From a virus, in the IMG/VR virus record IMGVR_UViG_3300043493_000078: DNA of 61,367 nt. The stretch is one strand, 5' to 3'. Within the stretch, counting starts at the first letter, position 1; each line of letters starts with the position of its first letter. Shown in pieces: positions 16,785 through 25,709 of this stretch. The notes under the pieces are model-generated. The model had not been told where the DNA came from, did no database searches, and saw only the letters and a program-made list of their open reading frames with translations. The position numbers and the translations under genes were made by a program.

Positions 16785-19700
16785 GCGATGTCACCGTCAT
16801 CAACGATGACAGCACCGTTGTCATCACTGAATCCCCGTCGGTCGCCGTGAGCGTGGATGCAGAAGTAGTAGTCATCCCGTCGGGGGTGCCTGGGCCTCTT
16901 GGTCCCGGGCTACCCGACATTGCTGCTCTTAAAGCGCTGACGGTCACCAATATTCGTGTCTATGTCGCGGGGTACAATTTTGCTGCCGATGGCGGTGGTG
17001 GAATGTTCAGTGGAGATACAGCATCTGTTGCGACGGCTGATGATGGACTTGTCATTGCGCCAAATGCTGGCGCTGGCCGATGGCTCCGTATATTCGACGG
17101 TCAAAATATCAACGTTAAGTGGTATGGCGTGAATGGTGATGGGGCTACGGAGAGTTCAACGAAACTCAATGCGGCGATGGCAGCGGCAATCGCTGTCAAG
17201 GGAGGTATGTACTTTCCAAGTACCATTTCGCGGTACCTTTTGCCGTCTGCGTTGGTCGTTCCTGACAATACACACGGGCTGCGGATTTTTGGCGATATGG
17301 GTTCCACCCCGGTTGGTGCCGGTTATTCTGGTGCATGCATCGCGACTACTGCGGCCAGTGTCATTGACATGACAGGAACTGCGATCGGCGGCACTGGCTC
17401 TATCAGCGAGATCAGTATCGAGCGCCTTCAACTGCATGCGAGTGGAGCCAACGGCAAAGTAATTAAGGCATGGAATGTCGATCACTTGCTTCTATCACGT
17501 CTGGTCGTTAACGCGAATAATGGCGTAGCCATCGACATGGCTGGCACTGCTGATTTTTTAATAGAACAGGTTCAAGCTTATTCAGGAGGAGGTGCATGTT
17601 TTCGCGCATCTCAAGATGGCGTCGGATCGCAGCCCATCGGTCCCGGCAAGATAGATACCTGCTCTTTTTCGATTACCGGCGGTTCATTCCCGCTAATGTC
17701 GATTACGGGCGAGCCGCTAGGTGTCATTGTCCAGAATTGTGGTTTTAACTGGCCAGATTCGACGGGTGCATCTGTAATCGACATAGACGGGTCTACCTCT
17801 CCAACGCAGGAAGGCTCGATCTCGTTTATTCAGTGTCACGCAGAAAGCACGTATAATACGACCAGCACTGGCACGACATTCAGAATTGGTGCCAACCATA
17901 AAGCTGGTACGATCATCGTTGACGGTGGAAATTATTGGGGCCATGGCGATGGAACCAACTATCAACGGGACTGGATGCAAATTGTTGCTGCGCGTGGCGT
18001 ATTTGTCAGAAATTCGATTGCTTCCAAGCTGACGGCGGCCAATGGCTTCAGCCGGGCGATGATCAGACTTGAGAGCACGTTTCCGGCCGCCGGAGATTCT
18101 TATTCGTTCGATGGTTTGATTTACGACGGCTCTGGCGCGATGTATTCCGATGCTGCCGGCATTTTGTCGGGAACTGGCGATAAGTTCAGCAACAATGTCG
18201 ATATCGGTGGTAGTTTTCGGCTTCACACTCAGCCAGCCGGCTGCGCGCAATTCGATGCGTCTGGTGTTCTCACGTCTACGGGAGCGCCTTGCGGCGGCGG
18301 CAGCGGCTCGTTGACCATCGGCACGACACCGATCAGCGGCGGTGCGTCTGGCCGTGTTCTCTATGAGAATGCTGGTGTACTCAACGAACTTCTGACGACT
18401 GGCACTGGCGACGTGGTGCTGCATTCGTCGCCGGTATTTGCTGGAACGATTACGGCGCAGCAAGCTGGCTTCGCCGGCAATGTCGGGATCACTGCGGCAA
18501 CTCCTTCCACTTTGCCGACAGAAGGTGCGCTGACAATCGTTGGCGGCGCTGGAATTCAAGGTAACGTCAACATTGGCGGTGGACTCGTAGCGGGAGGTGG
18601 ACTTCGCCTACCGGCTCAATCGGCTGGCTACGCGCAGTTCGATTCAGGTGGTGTGCTGTTTTCTAGTGCAGCTCCTACTGTGTCACTGATTGTCGGCACG
18701 ACGCCGATCAGCGGCGGTACGTCTGGCCATGTTTTGTACAATTCTGGCGGCATCCTCAATGACCTGATCACGACCGGTACCGGCAGTGTCGTGATGCACA
18801 ATGCTCCGACATTCGCTGGGGCGATCACGGCACAGTCGGCAGGGTTCAGCGGCAATGTCGGGATCACCGCGATAACGCCATCGACCATGCCTTCGGAAGG
18901 AGCGCTGACGGTTGCCGGCGGAGCGGGAATTCAGGGCAACGTCAATATCGGCGGCGGGCTTGTAGCGACGGGGCTTCGCCTTTCTACGCAATCCGCTGGC
19001 TACGCGCAATTCGACTCGGCCGGTGTGCTGACCTCGACCGGTGGAACGCCCAGCAGCTCGCTGATCGTGGGATCGACGCCGATCAGCGGCGGCGCGACCA
19101 ATCGTGTTTTGTTTCAATCAGGCACCGTCCTCAGCGAGATCGACATTACCGGCACTGGCAATGCGGTGATGCAAAATTCACCGACGTTTACCGGGACGAT
19201 CACGGCGAACCAAGCGGGGTTTTCCGGCAACGTCGGGATCACTATCAACACGCCTTCTACTTCGCCCACGACCGGCGCGCTAACCGTCGCGGGCGGCGTC
19301 GGTGTCGGTGGCGCGCTTAACGTTACCGGAGATTTCCTTGCGCGCGACATCAGGGCTGCGCGCGATGCCACCTCGGGGGTGTTGTACTGGGGCAGTGCCG
19401 GGACAACCAGATATCTGTCCGGCGATGCCTCGGCTTTGCAATTGGGCGGCGTTCCACTCCGCGTCCTTGACGCTACGGCGGCGATTTCCCCTGCGACCGG
19501 CGCACTGACGGTGGCGGGAGGCGTCGGGATCGGTGGCAAGCTGTGGCTTCCCGCAGTTGCGAATATCTTGAACGTCGGTGGCGGTGGACAGGGGACAAAT
19601 TCGGTCTTGAATCTTCGTTACAATTCTTCGGGCTACTGCGGTATTGAAATCAGCTCGAGCACGGCTGGGACTGCCGGTACAATTCTCTCCATCCTGGATA

Positions 19701-20527
19701 GCGCCGACGCTTACGTTGCAACATGGTCTTACGGTGCCGGTCAAAGTTCGCTGGTGTGGGGCGGGAGACCTATCAGCATCGTGCCACCGGTCACCATCAC
19801 GGACCCGACCGCCTCCGCCTCCGCCACCACCGGCGCGCTGACGGTGGCAGGCGGGCTGGGGGTTGCCAAATCTATTAATTGCGGAGAGCCGGTTAAAGTG
19901 AATGGAGCCAGCGGCAATGCAGTCCTCGCTTCTACCCTCATCGGCACCACTGGTTATTCCGGATTGTCCGTTAATCCTCTCGCCTTTGGCGCCGCCTTTG
20001 CCAGTTACCCACATATTCTCATGGGAACGAATATAGGGACGCCTCCCGATTCCGGCCTCACATTTGGCGTTCCGACCGGATCGTTTCATACGCTTGACGT
20101 TAATGGATTGCCGTCACTGGTCGTGCGGGCTGGTTCCGTTACGTTTAACACAGTGGGCACAACGGCGTCAGCCGCCAATGCATTTCTCGATGGTGCAGCC
20201 AGTAACAGCTTGTTGCGTTCGACCTCGACCATCAAGGTCAAGGCCGACGTCAAAAATTTATCGCTGCAGGAAGCGCGCCGGATCGTCATGAGCGCAAAGC
20301 CGATCAGTTATCGTTCGCTCTGCGCTGCCGACGATCCCAAAGCGGAATTCATCGGAATGGTGGCTGAATGGGAAGCCGAGAACGACGCGCGTCTGGTCAG
20401 CCGCTTCGGCGAGGAATGGGGTGGCGTGATGTACGATCGCTATGTGGCGCCGCTATTGGCTGTCGTTGCGGACCAGGAACGCCGCCTAGCCGCGCTCGAA
20501 CAGAAGGGAGCAAAACATGGCACTTGA
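16781..20527 (+). CDS. Tail spike: pectate-lyase-like beta-helix, three about 125-aa repeats, and a C-terminal S74 intramolecular chaperone domain
   Basis: NVKWYGVNGDGATESSTKLNAAMAAA (Pectate_lyase_3-like). The C-terminus STIKVKADVKNLS...MYDRYVAPLLAVVADQERRLAALE is Peptidase_S74-like. Confidence 0.8.
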   Translation: MSDVTVINDDSTVVITESPSVAVSVDAEVVVIPSGVPGPLGPGLPDIAALKALTVTNIRVYVAGYNFAADGGGGMFSGDTASVATADDGLVIAPNAGAGRWLRIFDGQNINVKWYGVNGDGATESSTKLNAAMAAAIAVKGGMYFPSTISRYLLPSALVVPDNTHGLRIFGDMGSTPVGAGYSGACIATTAASVIDMTGTAIGGTGSISEISIERLQLHASGANGKVIKAWNVDHLLLSRLVVNANNGVAIDMAGTADFLIEQVQAYSGGGACFRASQDGVGSQPIGPGKIDTCSFSITGGSFPLMSITGEPLGVIVQNCGFNWPDSTGASVIDIDGSTSPTQEGSISFIQCHAESTYNTTSTGTTFRIGANHKAGTIIVDGGNYWGHGDGTNYQRDWMQIVAARGVFVRNSIASKLTAANGFSRAMIRLESTFPAAGDSYSFDGLIYDGSGAMYSDAAGILSGTGDKFSNNVDIGGSFRLHTQPAGCAQFDASGVLTSTGAPCGGGSGSLTIGTTPISGGASGRVLYENAGVLNELLTTGTGDVVLHSSPVFAGTITAQQAGFAGNVGITAATPSTLPTEGALTIVGGAGIQGNVNIGGGLVAGGGLRLPAQSAGYAQFDSGGVLFSSAAPTVSLIVGTTPISGGTSGHVLYNSGGILNDLITTGTGSVVMHNAPTFAGAITAQSAGFSGNVGITAITPSTMPSEGALTVAGGAGIQGNVNIGGGLVATGLRLSTQSAGYAQFDSAGVLTSTGGTPSSSLIVGSTPISGGATNRVLFQSGTVLSEIDITGTGNAVMQNSPTFTGTITANQAGFSGNVGITINTPSTSPTTGALTVAGGVGVGGALNVTGDFLARDIRAARDATSGVLYWGSAGTTRYLSGDASALQLGGVPLRVLDATAAISPATGALTVAGGVGIGGKLWLPAVANILNVGGGGQGTNSVLNLRYNSSGYCGIEISSSTAGTAGTILSILDSADAYVATWSYGAGQSSLVWGGRPISIVPPVTITDPTASASATTGALTVAGGLGVAKSINCGEPVKVNGASGNAVLASTLIGTTGYSGLSVNPLAFGAAFASYPHILMGTNIGTPPDSGLTFGVPTGSFHTLDVNGLPSLVVRAGSVTFNTVGTTASAANAFLDGAASNSLLRSTSTIKVKADVKNLSLQEARRIVMSAKPISYRSLCAADDPKAEFIGMVAEWEAENDARLVSRFGEEWGGVMYDRYVAPLLAVVADQERRLAALEQKGAKHGT
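18230..19340 (+). repeat. Three in-frame tandem repeats (387 and 372 nt periods) inside the tail spike gene
   Basis: The unit Q.AG.AQFD..GVL.S......L.VG.TPISGG......L......L......TGTG..V....P.F.G.ITA...GF.GNVGIT...PST.P..GALT.AGG starts at 18230, 18617 and 18989. Confidence 0.85.
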
Positions 20528-20810
20528 TTACGAACAGTCGGCGGTATTAATGAAGGATCAGCAATTCATCGATCGCGTGAAGGTCAGTTGCCTGAAATTT
20601 GCCGACTACATCAAGAATGAGCCGGCAAATACGCCGGCGCACTCGACGCGTACGCGCTGGGCCGATGATACGATGAGGAATCCCAATCAAGCGGCCGCCA
20701 CGATCACCCCGCCCACTGTGATGGATACCAATGTTCAGGCCGACGGCGCCGCGATCACGGATGCCAACTTGCAGACGTCGGTAGAAGCAACGGTGAATAA
20801 ACTGCTGTGA
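20517..20810 (+). CDS. Hypothetical protein
   Basis: 97-aa ORF overlapping the tail spike stop by 11 nt. Confidence 0.5.
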   Translation: MALDYEQSAVLMKDQQFIDRVKVSCLKFADYIKNEPANTPAHSTRTRWADDTMRNPNQAAATITPPTVMDTNVQADGAAITDANLQTSVEATVNKLL

Positions 20811-20835
20811 AACCCGGCGCGCGAAGCGAGTCGTC

Positions 20836-21177
20836 ATGAGCGACTTCAACAGCGATCCAACGCCGCCGCGCTGGCTGTTCGTGCTCGTGGCAATCGTCGG
20901 CCTTGCCGTGGCGAGCGTGATCCTGCTCAATTGGCCGTCGAAGGGGGAGCCGCGGTCATGCATGGATACCGAGATGCGCGAGCAGGTGCGCGTGCTTGTC
21001 CTCGCCGGGATCGATGAGGCATTGAAGCAACATGCGCGGCGCATGTTCGACGTCTGGCAGCAGGACCCAGCGCATCAGCCAAAGCGAGCCATCGCCGGGA
21101 TGAATACAGCGATCGGCGCTTACGTCGGCTCGCGCGCCGCTGCGCAGCGGTGGAGCCCGCCGGCATGCGAGAGGTGA
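20836..21177 (+). CDS. Membrane-anchored protein of the lysis cassette (i-spanin- or holin-like)
   Basis: N-terminal TM WLFVLVAIVGLAVASVILL followed by a helical soluble domain, immediately upstream of the endolysin. Confidence 0.35.
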   Translation: MSDFNSDPTPPRWLFVLVAIVGLAVASVILLNWPSKGEPRSCMDTEMREQVRVLVLAGIDEALKQHARRMFDVWQQDPAHQPKRAIAGMNTAIGAYVGSRAAAQRWSPPACER

Positions 21178-21237
21178 CACCATGCGTCTGACTGGCAAGA
21201 GGAAATTCCACGGTTCATTTGCAAGGAGGAACATTAA

Positions 21238-22293
21238 GTGAAGATTTCTGGTCGAGCTAGCTGGTTTGGCGGCCCGCAGGATACCGGCGTTTCGCCGAGC
21301 GAAGGCCTCGCGTTTATTTTTGACGTGTCCGATGCACCGGACCTGTTCCTACCGGAGCAGCCGCCAGGCACGACCGGCCTCGCGCGCCGGCTCGATCCGG
21401 CGGAATACTACGTCGCCTGCCGATGGGACTACGATCAATACCCCAAGCCCTCGCTGCTCGAGCACCTGGCGCGGGTTACGGCCAAGAAGACCGGACGATC
21501 CTTTCTCGCCGCGCCCGCCGACTGGGGCCCCAACGAGAATACCGGCAGGGTCGCCGACCTCTCGCCCGGACTCATGGAGGCTCTCGACATCTCCACCGAC
21601 GACGAGGTCACAGTGGAATATCCGATCGATGAGGGACAAAGCGTCATGCCATATAAAAGCATCGTGATTTCGGCTGGCCACTCTGCGAAGTGTATCGGCG
21701 CAGTCGGTATCCTCGATGAGTACACCGAGAATGTCCACGTCGTGAACGCCGTCGCCGAGAACCTAGTGGCGCGCGGTGTCACGGTCAAGAAATTCATCGA
21801 TACGACATCGACGACATCCAATGAAAACCTCAATCGCATTGTCGACTATCACAACGCGCAGACGCGCGATCTCGATGTCTCGATTCACTTCAATGCCAAC
21901 GTCGACACCAGCAAACCGGTCGGCACCGAGTGCTTGTATGTGACGCAGCTCGATCTGTCGGACGACATCGCCGAGGCGATTGCGGCTGCCAGCGGGCTCC
22001 TCGATCGAGGACCGAAAGAACGCACCGATCTGTTCTTTCTCAACAACACCGAAATGCCGGCGATCCTGATCGAGGTCTGCTTCGTCGATAGCAGTGCAGA
22101 CGTCGATATCTATCACGACAAGTTCGACGACATTTGCGAGGCGATCGCCGACGTGCTCGGCGGCGAGAAGACCCAGCCAATGCCGCCGCGGCCTGACGAA
22201 CAGGTCGTCGAGATTGACATCAATGTGCCGTGCGGCGTGAAGCTCGCGCTGACGGTGAATGGCGAAGCCGTCATGGTCGACGACGAGGGCTGA
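21238..22293 (+). CDS. Endolysin: N-terminal DPBB/RlpA-like domain plus N-acetylmuramoyl-L-alanine amidase (Amidase_3)
   Basis: ASWFGGPQDTGVS at the N-terminus. Amidase_3 motifs ISAGHS..GAVG, DVSIHFNA, GTECLY, PAILIEVCFVD. GTG start behind AAGGAGG. Confidence 0.8.
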   Translation: MKISGRASWFGGPQDTGVSPSEGLAFIFDVSDAPDLFLPEQPPGTTGLARRLDPAEYYVACRWDYDQYPKPSLLEHLARVTAKKTGRSFLAAPADWGPNENTGRVADLSPGLMEALDISTDDEVTVEYPIDEGQSVMPYKSIVISAGHSAKCIGAVGILDEYTENVHVVNAVAENLVARGVTVKKFIDTTSTTSNENLNRIVDYHNAQTRDLDVSIHFNANVDTSKPVGTECLYVTQLDLSDDIAEAIAAASGLLDRGPKERTDLFFLNNTEMPAILIEVCFVDSSADVDIYHDKFDDICEAIADVLGGEKTQPMPPRPDEQVVEIDINVPCGVKLALTVNGEAVMVDDEG

Positions 22294-22320
22294 AGGATCA
22301 TTCCATCAAAGGAGGAAGCC

Positions 22321-22494
22321 ATGACACGAGGTCTCATCTTTTGGGTGCTGATGCTGATCTGGGCCGTGTTCTCGCTGGCCGTATATGGCGGCATTGTCAG
22401 TGGCGCTTATGGCCCTATCGGGAATCGTCTGCTCGATTTCATCCTATTCTTGCTTTTGGGATGGCAGGTCTATGGTCCCCCGGTCAGAGCATAA
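22321..22494 (+). CDS. 57-aa two-TM membrane protein, holin candidate
   Basis: MTRGLIFWVLMLIWAVFSLAVYGG...LLDFILFLLLGWQVYG. SD AAAGGAGGAAGCC directly before the ATG. Below the ORF-track cut-off. Confidence 0.45.
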   Translation: MTRGLIFWVLMLIWAVFSLAVYGGIVSGAYGPIGNRLLDFILFLLLGWQVYGPPVRA

Positions 22495-22538
22495 ACCGAG
22501 CCTCTGGTTGGACAAGGGGACGGCGCGTTGAGGCCGAC

Positions 22539-22569
22539 AGCGCCGGTCACTCGGCGCTCTCATTTTTTT
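22539..22569 (+). terminator. Rho-independent terminator at the end of the late operon
   Basis: AGCGCCG gtcact CGGCGCT, then ctca and TTTTTTT. Sits where transcription converges with the minus-strand block. Confidence 0.7.
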
Positions 22570-22859
22570 GTCGGCAGACCGAACGCTGCAGCTTGCAGGC
22601 CACCGAGCAGAAACCAGTGCCGGCGATCCGGCGCGTGATTGCACGGGCCCGGCGTTGCCTCGCCGAGGCCCATCAGTGCCTTGTCGACCGCCTCCCAGCC
22701 GCCTATCGGCTCGCCAAGCTCTATGGTGGCAAAGGCTTCGACCTCGTTCTTGGTCATGGCGAGCGGCGCGCAGATCGAGCAAGTCCAGCCCATGAGGGCG
22801 GCGTAGACCACGGGACCGCCGTCCGGCGGCAGCGGGACGGAATCATGGGGTGGCATCAT
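22560..22859 (-). CDS. Hypothetical Cys-containing protein
   Basis: 99-aa ORF, last gene of the minus-strand block; contains WTCSIC...CNH. Confidence 0.5.
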   Translation of the reverse strand: MMPPHDSVPLPPDGGPVVYAALMGWTCSICAPLAMTKNEVEAFATIELGEPIGGWEAVDKALMGLGEATPGPCNHAPDRRHWFLLGGLQAAAFGLPTKK

Positions 22860-23055
22860 CGCTGCGTCTCCAGTTCCATTCAGAGTGGGCGTCAGTGGCC
22901 TTATCGCAGCCGAGGTGCTTGCGAAGTAGCGGATCGCTAGTCCATCCCGGCATCATCAAGCAGGCTGCGCACAAAGGCGGCTCCGGGACCTTGTCTGAGC
23001 CATAGCCGAAACTGACGATGTGGCGATTGCATTCGCAACAAGTGAACTCAGCCAT
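22843..23055 (-). CDS. Small zinc-ribbon-like protein
   Basis: MAEFTCCECNRH...PPLCAACLM. The start at 23055 gives an 8-nt ATGGCTGA overlap with the upstream gene. Confidence 0.45.
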   Translation of the reverse strand: MAEFTCCECNRHIVSFGYGSDKVPEPPLCAACLMMPGWTSDPLLRKHLGCDKATDAHSEWNWRRSDDATP

Positions 23056-23260
23056 TGCCAGCGTCCTGTCGTATTTGCCGCGCCACATCTTCCAGCAGGT
23101 CGGGGAGTACTCGCATCGTCGCAAGGTCGGCCTGACACGAAAAGCCGTTGCGGCCCCTGTCGCCTATGATGATGACGATCGCGCCGCCGACGTCCTTGAT
23201 GCCGGATCGCTCACGAACCAGGGTGCACAGGTCGTCATACTTGCCAGGTCCCAATGCCAT
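23048..23260 (-). CDS. Hypothetical protein
   Basis: 70-aa ORF, tightly packed. Confidence 0.5.
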   Translation of the reverse strand: MALGPGKYDDLCTLVRERSGIKDVGGAIVIIIGDRGRNGFSCQADLATMRVLPDLLEDVARQIRQDAGNG

Positions 23261-23478
23261 CAGCCCAACTCCGATTCATCGCAAGCCTCGTACGCATCGG
23301 GCAACGGCACAATCGGCGGCAGGCCGTTCGCGATGCGCCGCGGGTTGGCGCGATCGACGCAGGCTTGGCAGATCGGCTTGCGCGAACCGTTGACGGTTAA
23401 GCTCGGAACATGCACCGGGTTGTAGCTGAACAGCCGGTGGCAGCCGACGCAGGGTGAAGCGCAGAACGCGTATGCCAT
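23260..23478 (-). CDS. Small zinc-ribbon-like protein
   Basis: CASPCVGC ... CQAC pairs in a 72-aa protein. Confidence 0.5.
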   Translation of the reverse strand: MAYAFCASPCVGCHRLFSYNPVHVPSLTVNGSRKPICQACVDRANPRRIANGLPPIVPLPDAYEACDESELG

Positions 23479-23523
23479 TGTCTCACCCCACCTTGACCTT
23501 GCGCGCCGACGTCAGGCCCGCGA

Positions 23524-23871
23524 TCAGCTCGGCACCAACAGGTCGCCGCGCTCGCTCAGCTTCTTCGTCTTGGTTTCGCCGAGGATAAACTCGACGTCGA
23601 TCACGTCACCATCATGCAGCTCAGCCCAGTGCTCGGTGATGTAGTTGTGTGCCACCCGATGGGTGCGCGGGTTGGCAGGAAAATTATACGGATCATATGC
23701 CACCCCGCGACACTGGTTCATGATGTAGATGACGCAACGCTCGTCGGTCTTCCCGCTGTAGCCATCGCGGCGCAGCAGATAGCGCTGGCCCTCGTTGGTC
23801 GGCACCGGTCGAACACAGATCACCGGACAAAACGTCCCCGCGTCCCTTACTTCGAGCGTCTTAACTTCCAT
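23524..23871 (-). CDS. Hypothetical protein
   Basis: MEVKTLEVRDAGTF...; its start overlaps the upstream stop (TGATG). Confidence 0.55.
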   Translation of the reverse strand: MEVKTLEVRDAGTFCPVICVRPVPTNEGQRYLLRRDGYSGKTDERCVIYIMNQCRGVAYDPYNFPANPRTHRVAHNYITEHWAELHDGDVIDVEFILGETKTKKLSERGDLLVPS

Positions 23872-24128
23872 CAGTTCAATCCTTCCGTTGGCCAGCCGGC
23901 ATCGCCGAAAATTATCTTTTCGTTGACGGCGATCAGCTGCATCATCGTATGGAGGAACTGACCTAAGACGACTGCGCGCACATCGGGATGATGGCCGGCG
24001 AGCCACATGGCGAGCAGATCGCAGAGCGCGGCGCCTTGGACGTCAGGCCCCTGGCCGTGCAGCATGGGACCGATCAATCTGACCAGCTCTTGCGAGCGGG
24101 TTGCTTGTTGCGTTGGCTCGTCGGTCAT
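23871..24128 (-). CDS. Hypothetical protein
   Basis: 85-aa ORF with ATGA overlap to the upstream XRE gene. Confidence 0.5.
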   Translation of the reverse strand: MTDEPTQQATRSQELVRLIGPMLHGQGPDVQGAALCDLLAMWLAGHHPDVRAVVLGQFLHTMMQLIAVNEKIIFGDAGWPTEGLN

Positions 24129-24382
24129 GGGCTGCTCGGCGCCGCCGGGCGGCGCGGGAAGAAGGCCCCCGGTGACATCTCCATCGTGATCGCAATCTGA
24201 TACAGTCGGCGGGCGGAGATTGTGGCACCACGCTCATACTTGCTGACCTGTTGAGCCGTCAGCTCGATCTTGTCACCGAGGTCACTCTGGGTCCAGCCTA
24301 GCGCAAGGCGCCGCGCACGCATGCTCTGGCCGATGTGCGTATCGACGACGTTGTTGAGAGTTGGTGGTGATTGAGAGCGCAT
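24125..24382 (-). CDS. XRE-family helix-turn-helix regulator
   Basis: IGQSMRARRLALGWTQSDLGDKIELTAQQVSKYERG is a canonical HTH_3. Confidence 0.8.
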   Translation of the reverse strand: MRSQSPPTLNNVVDTHIGQSMRARRLALGWTQSDLGDKIELTAQQVSKYERGATISARRLYQIAITMEMSPGAFFPRRPAAPSSP

Positions 24383-24669
24383 GACGTGTCACCGCCTCTT
24401 TCATCCAAGCGTTAATTAAAGTTAACAATATCGTCATCATTCCGTCAACAATCTGCTGCAGCAAAAAATGATACCAAAGTTAAGCATAGCTATTGCCGTT
24501 GATGATGGGTCAGTATTGCAGGGGGGGGGGGTGAAAATTTTTGCTACAGGCTCCCGCGGGTCTTAAACGGGGGAGGTAATTATGGGAACCGGCTTGTTAT
24601 TATGGCGATCCCCCCTCCGGTTGGGCCCAAAATGGACTTATAGAAACAAATGAAATTGGTTGTCCGGCC
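24383..24669. promoter_or_regulatory. AT-richer 287-bp intergenic control region upstream of the XRE gene
   Basis: Direct repeats GTTAACAAT and GTCAACAAT, a G11 run, no ORF. Confidence 0.45.
24521..24531. repeat. Homopolymer G11
   Basis: cagtattgca GGGGGGGGGGG tgaaaattt. Confidence 0.9.
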
Positions 24670-25083
24670 TTACGCTTTTTTCAACATAAGGGCGCAGTTA
24701 TCGACGGCACGCAGGATGCGCTTGAACTCACGGCTCTTGACCAGGGTTTGGAGATAGGCGTCGGAACCGCAGTAGCCGCGACTCACCTTGATGATGATCT
24801 CGCGGTCAACCAGCGCTCTCAGATAGCGTTTCACGCTGGTGGCCGGCAGGCCGGTGAGCTTGATGATAGAGATGGCCGTGCAAGGAGGGCGACGGCGGGC
24901 GTCGTTGAGGTGGATGACCATCGCGCACAGCAGCTCGGGGAGCTTCACATCGAGGCTTTTCTCGGGGCGGTACACCGCATGCAGTGAGTGACACATCCGC
25001 AGCAGCATCAGGCTGACCAAGGCGGACTGACGATGCCGTTTTTGCCAGGCTGTCTTGACCATGGCCCCGGCTTCTACCAGCAA
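24670..25083 (-). CDS. Winged-helix DNA-binding protein (MarR/Rrf2-like)
   Basis: ISIIKLTGLPATSVKRYLRALVDREII. Confidence 0.5.
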   Translation of the reverse strand: MLVEAGAMVKTAWQKRHRQSALVSLMLLRMCHSLHAVYRPEKSLDVKLPELLCAMVIHLNDARRRPPCTAISIIKLTGLPATSVKRYLRALVDREIIIKVSRGYCGSDAYLQTLVKSREFKRILRAVDNCALMLKKA

Positions 25084-25173
25084 AAAGCGAACAAAAAGTT
25101 ACCGCAACGGGGAGGAAGATATGACCCACCGACGAGGTAAGGACCGCGGTTGTGCGGCTGATCGATCGCCGTG

Positions 25174-25500
25174 CTAAGAGCAGTCGCGCCCACGTCGAAT
25201 CAGGTTGATCGCGGTTCCGGGATTGAAGCGGCAAATCTCGGCCAGTTTCAGGAATTCGATCACGTCGATGCGCTTGACCTGTCCAGCCTCGACACGCCGA
25301 GTCCACATCTCGGTCCGATCCATCAAGCGGCTGAGTTCGCGCTTGCCGATGTTTCTTTTCTTGCGCCACTCCTTAATGCACTTGATGAGCTTCCTCCGCT
25401 GCGCCAGTTCTGTAGGAGTCATTTCCGTTGGTCCCCTGCTTCTGGATGCGATCTTTTCGTCGCTCATACGTTTAGCCTGCCACATTTTTTGCTGCCGCAA
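25174..25500 (-). CDS. HTH regulator, possible repressor
   Basis: NIGKRELSRLMDRTEMWTRRVEAGQVKRIDVIEFLKLAEI (HTH_3-like). Confidence 0.55.
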   Translation of the reverse strand: MRQQKMWQAKRMSDEKIASRSRGPTEMTPTELAQRRKLIKCIKEWRKKRNIGKRELSRLMDRTEMWTRRVEAGQVKRIDVIEFLKLAEICRFNPGTAINLIRRGRDCS

Positions 25501-25554
25501 AAAGAGCTGTCCAAAAAATGCTTAACGCTGCCTGACAGTTCCCTGACGGAGCCG

Positions 25555-25597
25555 GACAAAAAGAAGGGCCGCCCACGGGGGCGGGTTGCGGGCGGCC
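25555..25597 (-). terminator. Rho-independent terminator downstream of int (minus strand)
   Basis: Minus strand: GGCCGCCC gcaacccgcccccgt GGGCGGCC followed by CTTCTTTTTG. Confidence 0.55.
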
Positions 25598-25671
25598 AAG
25601 TTGTCAGAGCAATCCAAGGGGGTACGACCAGCACCCGGCGGTGTCAAATGTTCCCAAGCAGGTTAGGGTAA

Positions 25672-25709
25672 ATGGCTCGTGGGCTAACCTAGGTTAGACC
25701 CCGAGCCAT
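25672..25709. repeat. 38-bp imperfect palindrome centred on the perfect 14-mer CTAACCTAGGTTAG
   Basis: ATGGCTCGtGGgCTAACCTAGGTTAGaCCcCGAGCCAT; 17 of 19 positions pair. Confidence 0.85.

Noticed and set aside
14603-20527. A diversity-generating retroelement acting on the fibre or spike genes.
   Set aside because: No reverse transcriptase gene and no template/variable repeat pair were seen anywhere in the genome.
22230-22940. A 236-aa plus-strand ORF after the endolysin.
   Set aside because: It runs through the late terminator and overlaps better minus-strand small genes and the SD-led 57-aa membrane ORF. Its composition looks like nonsense.
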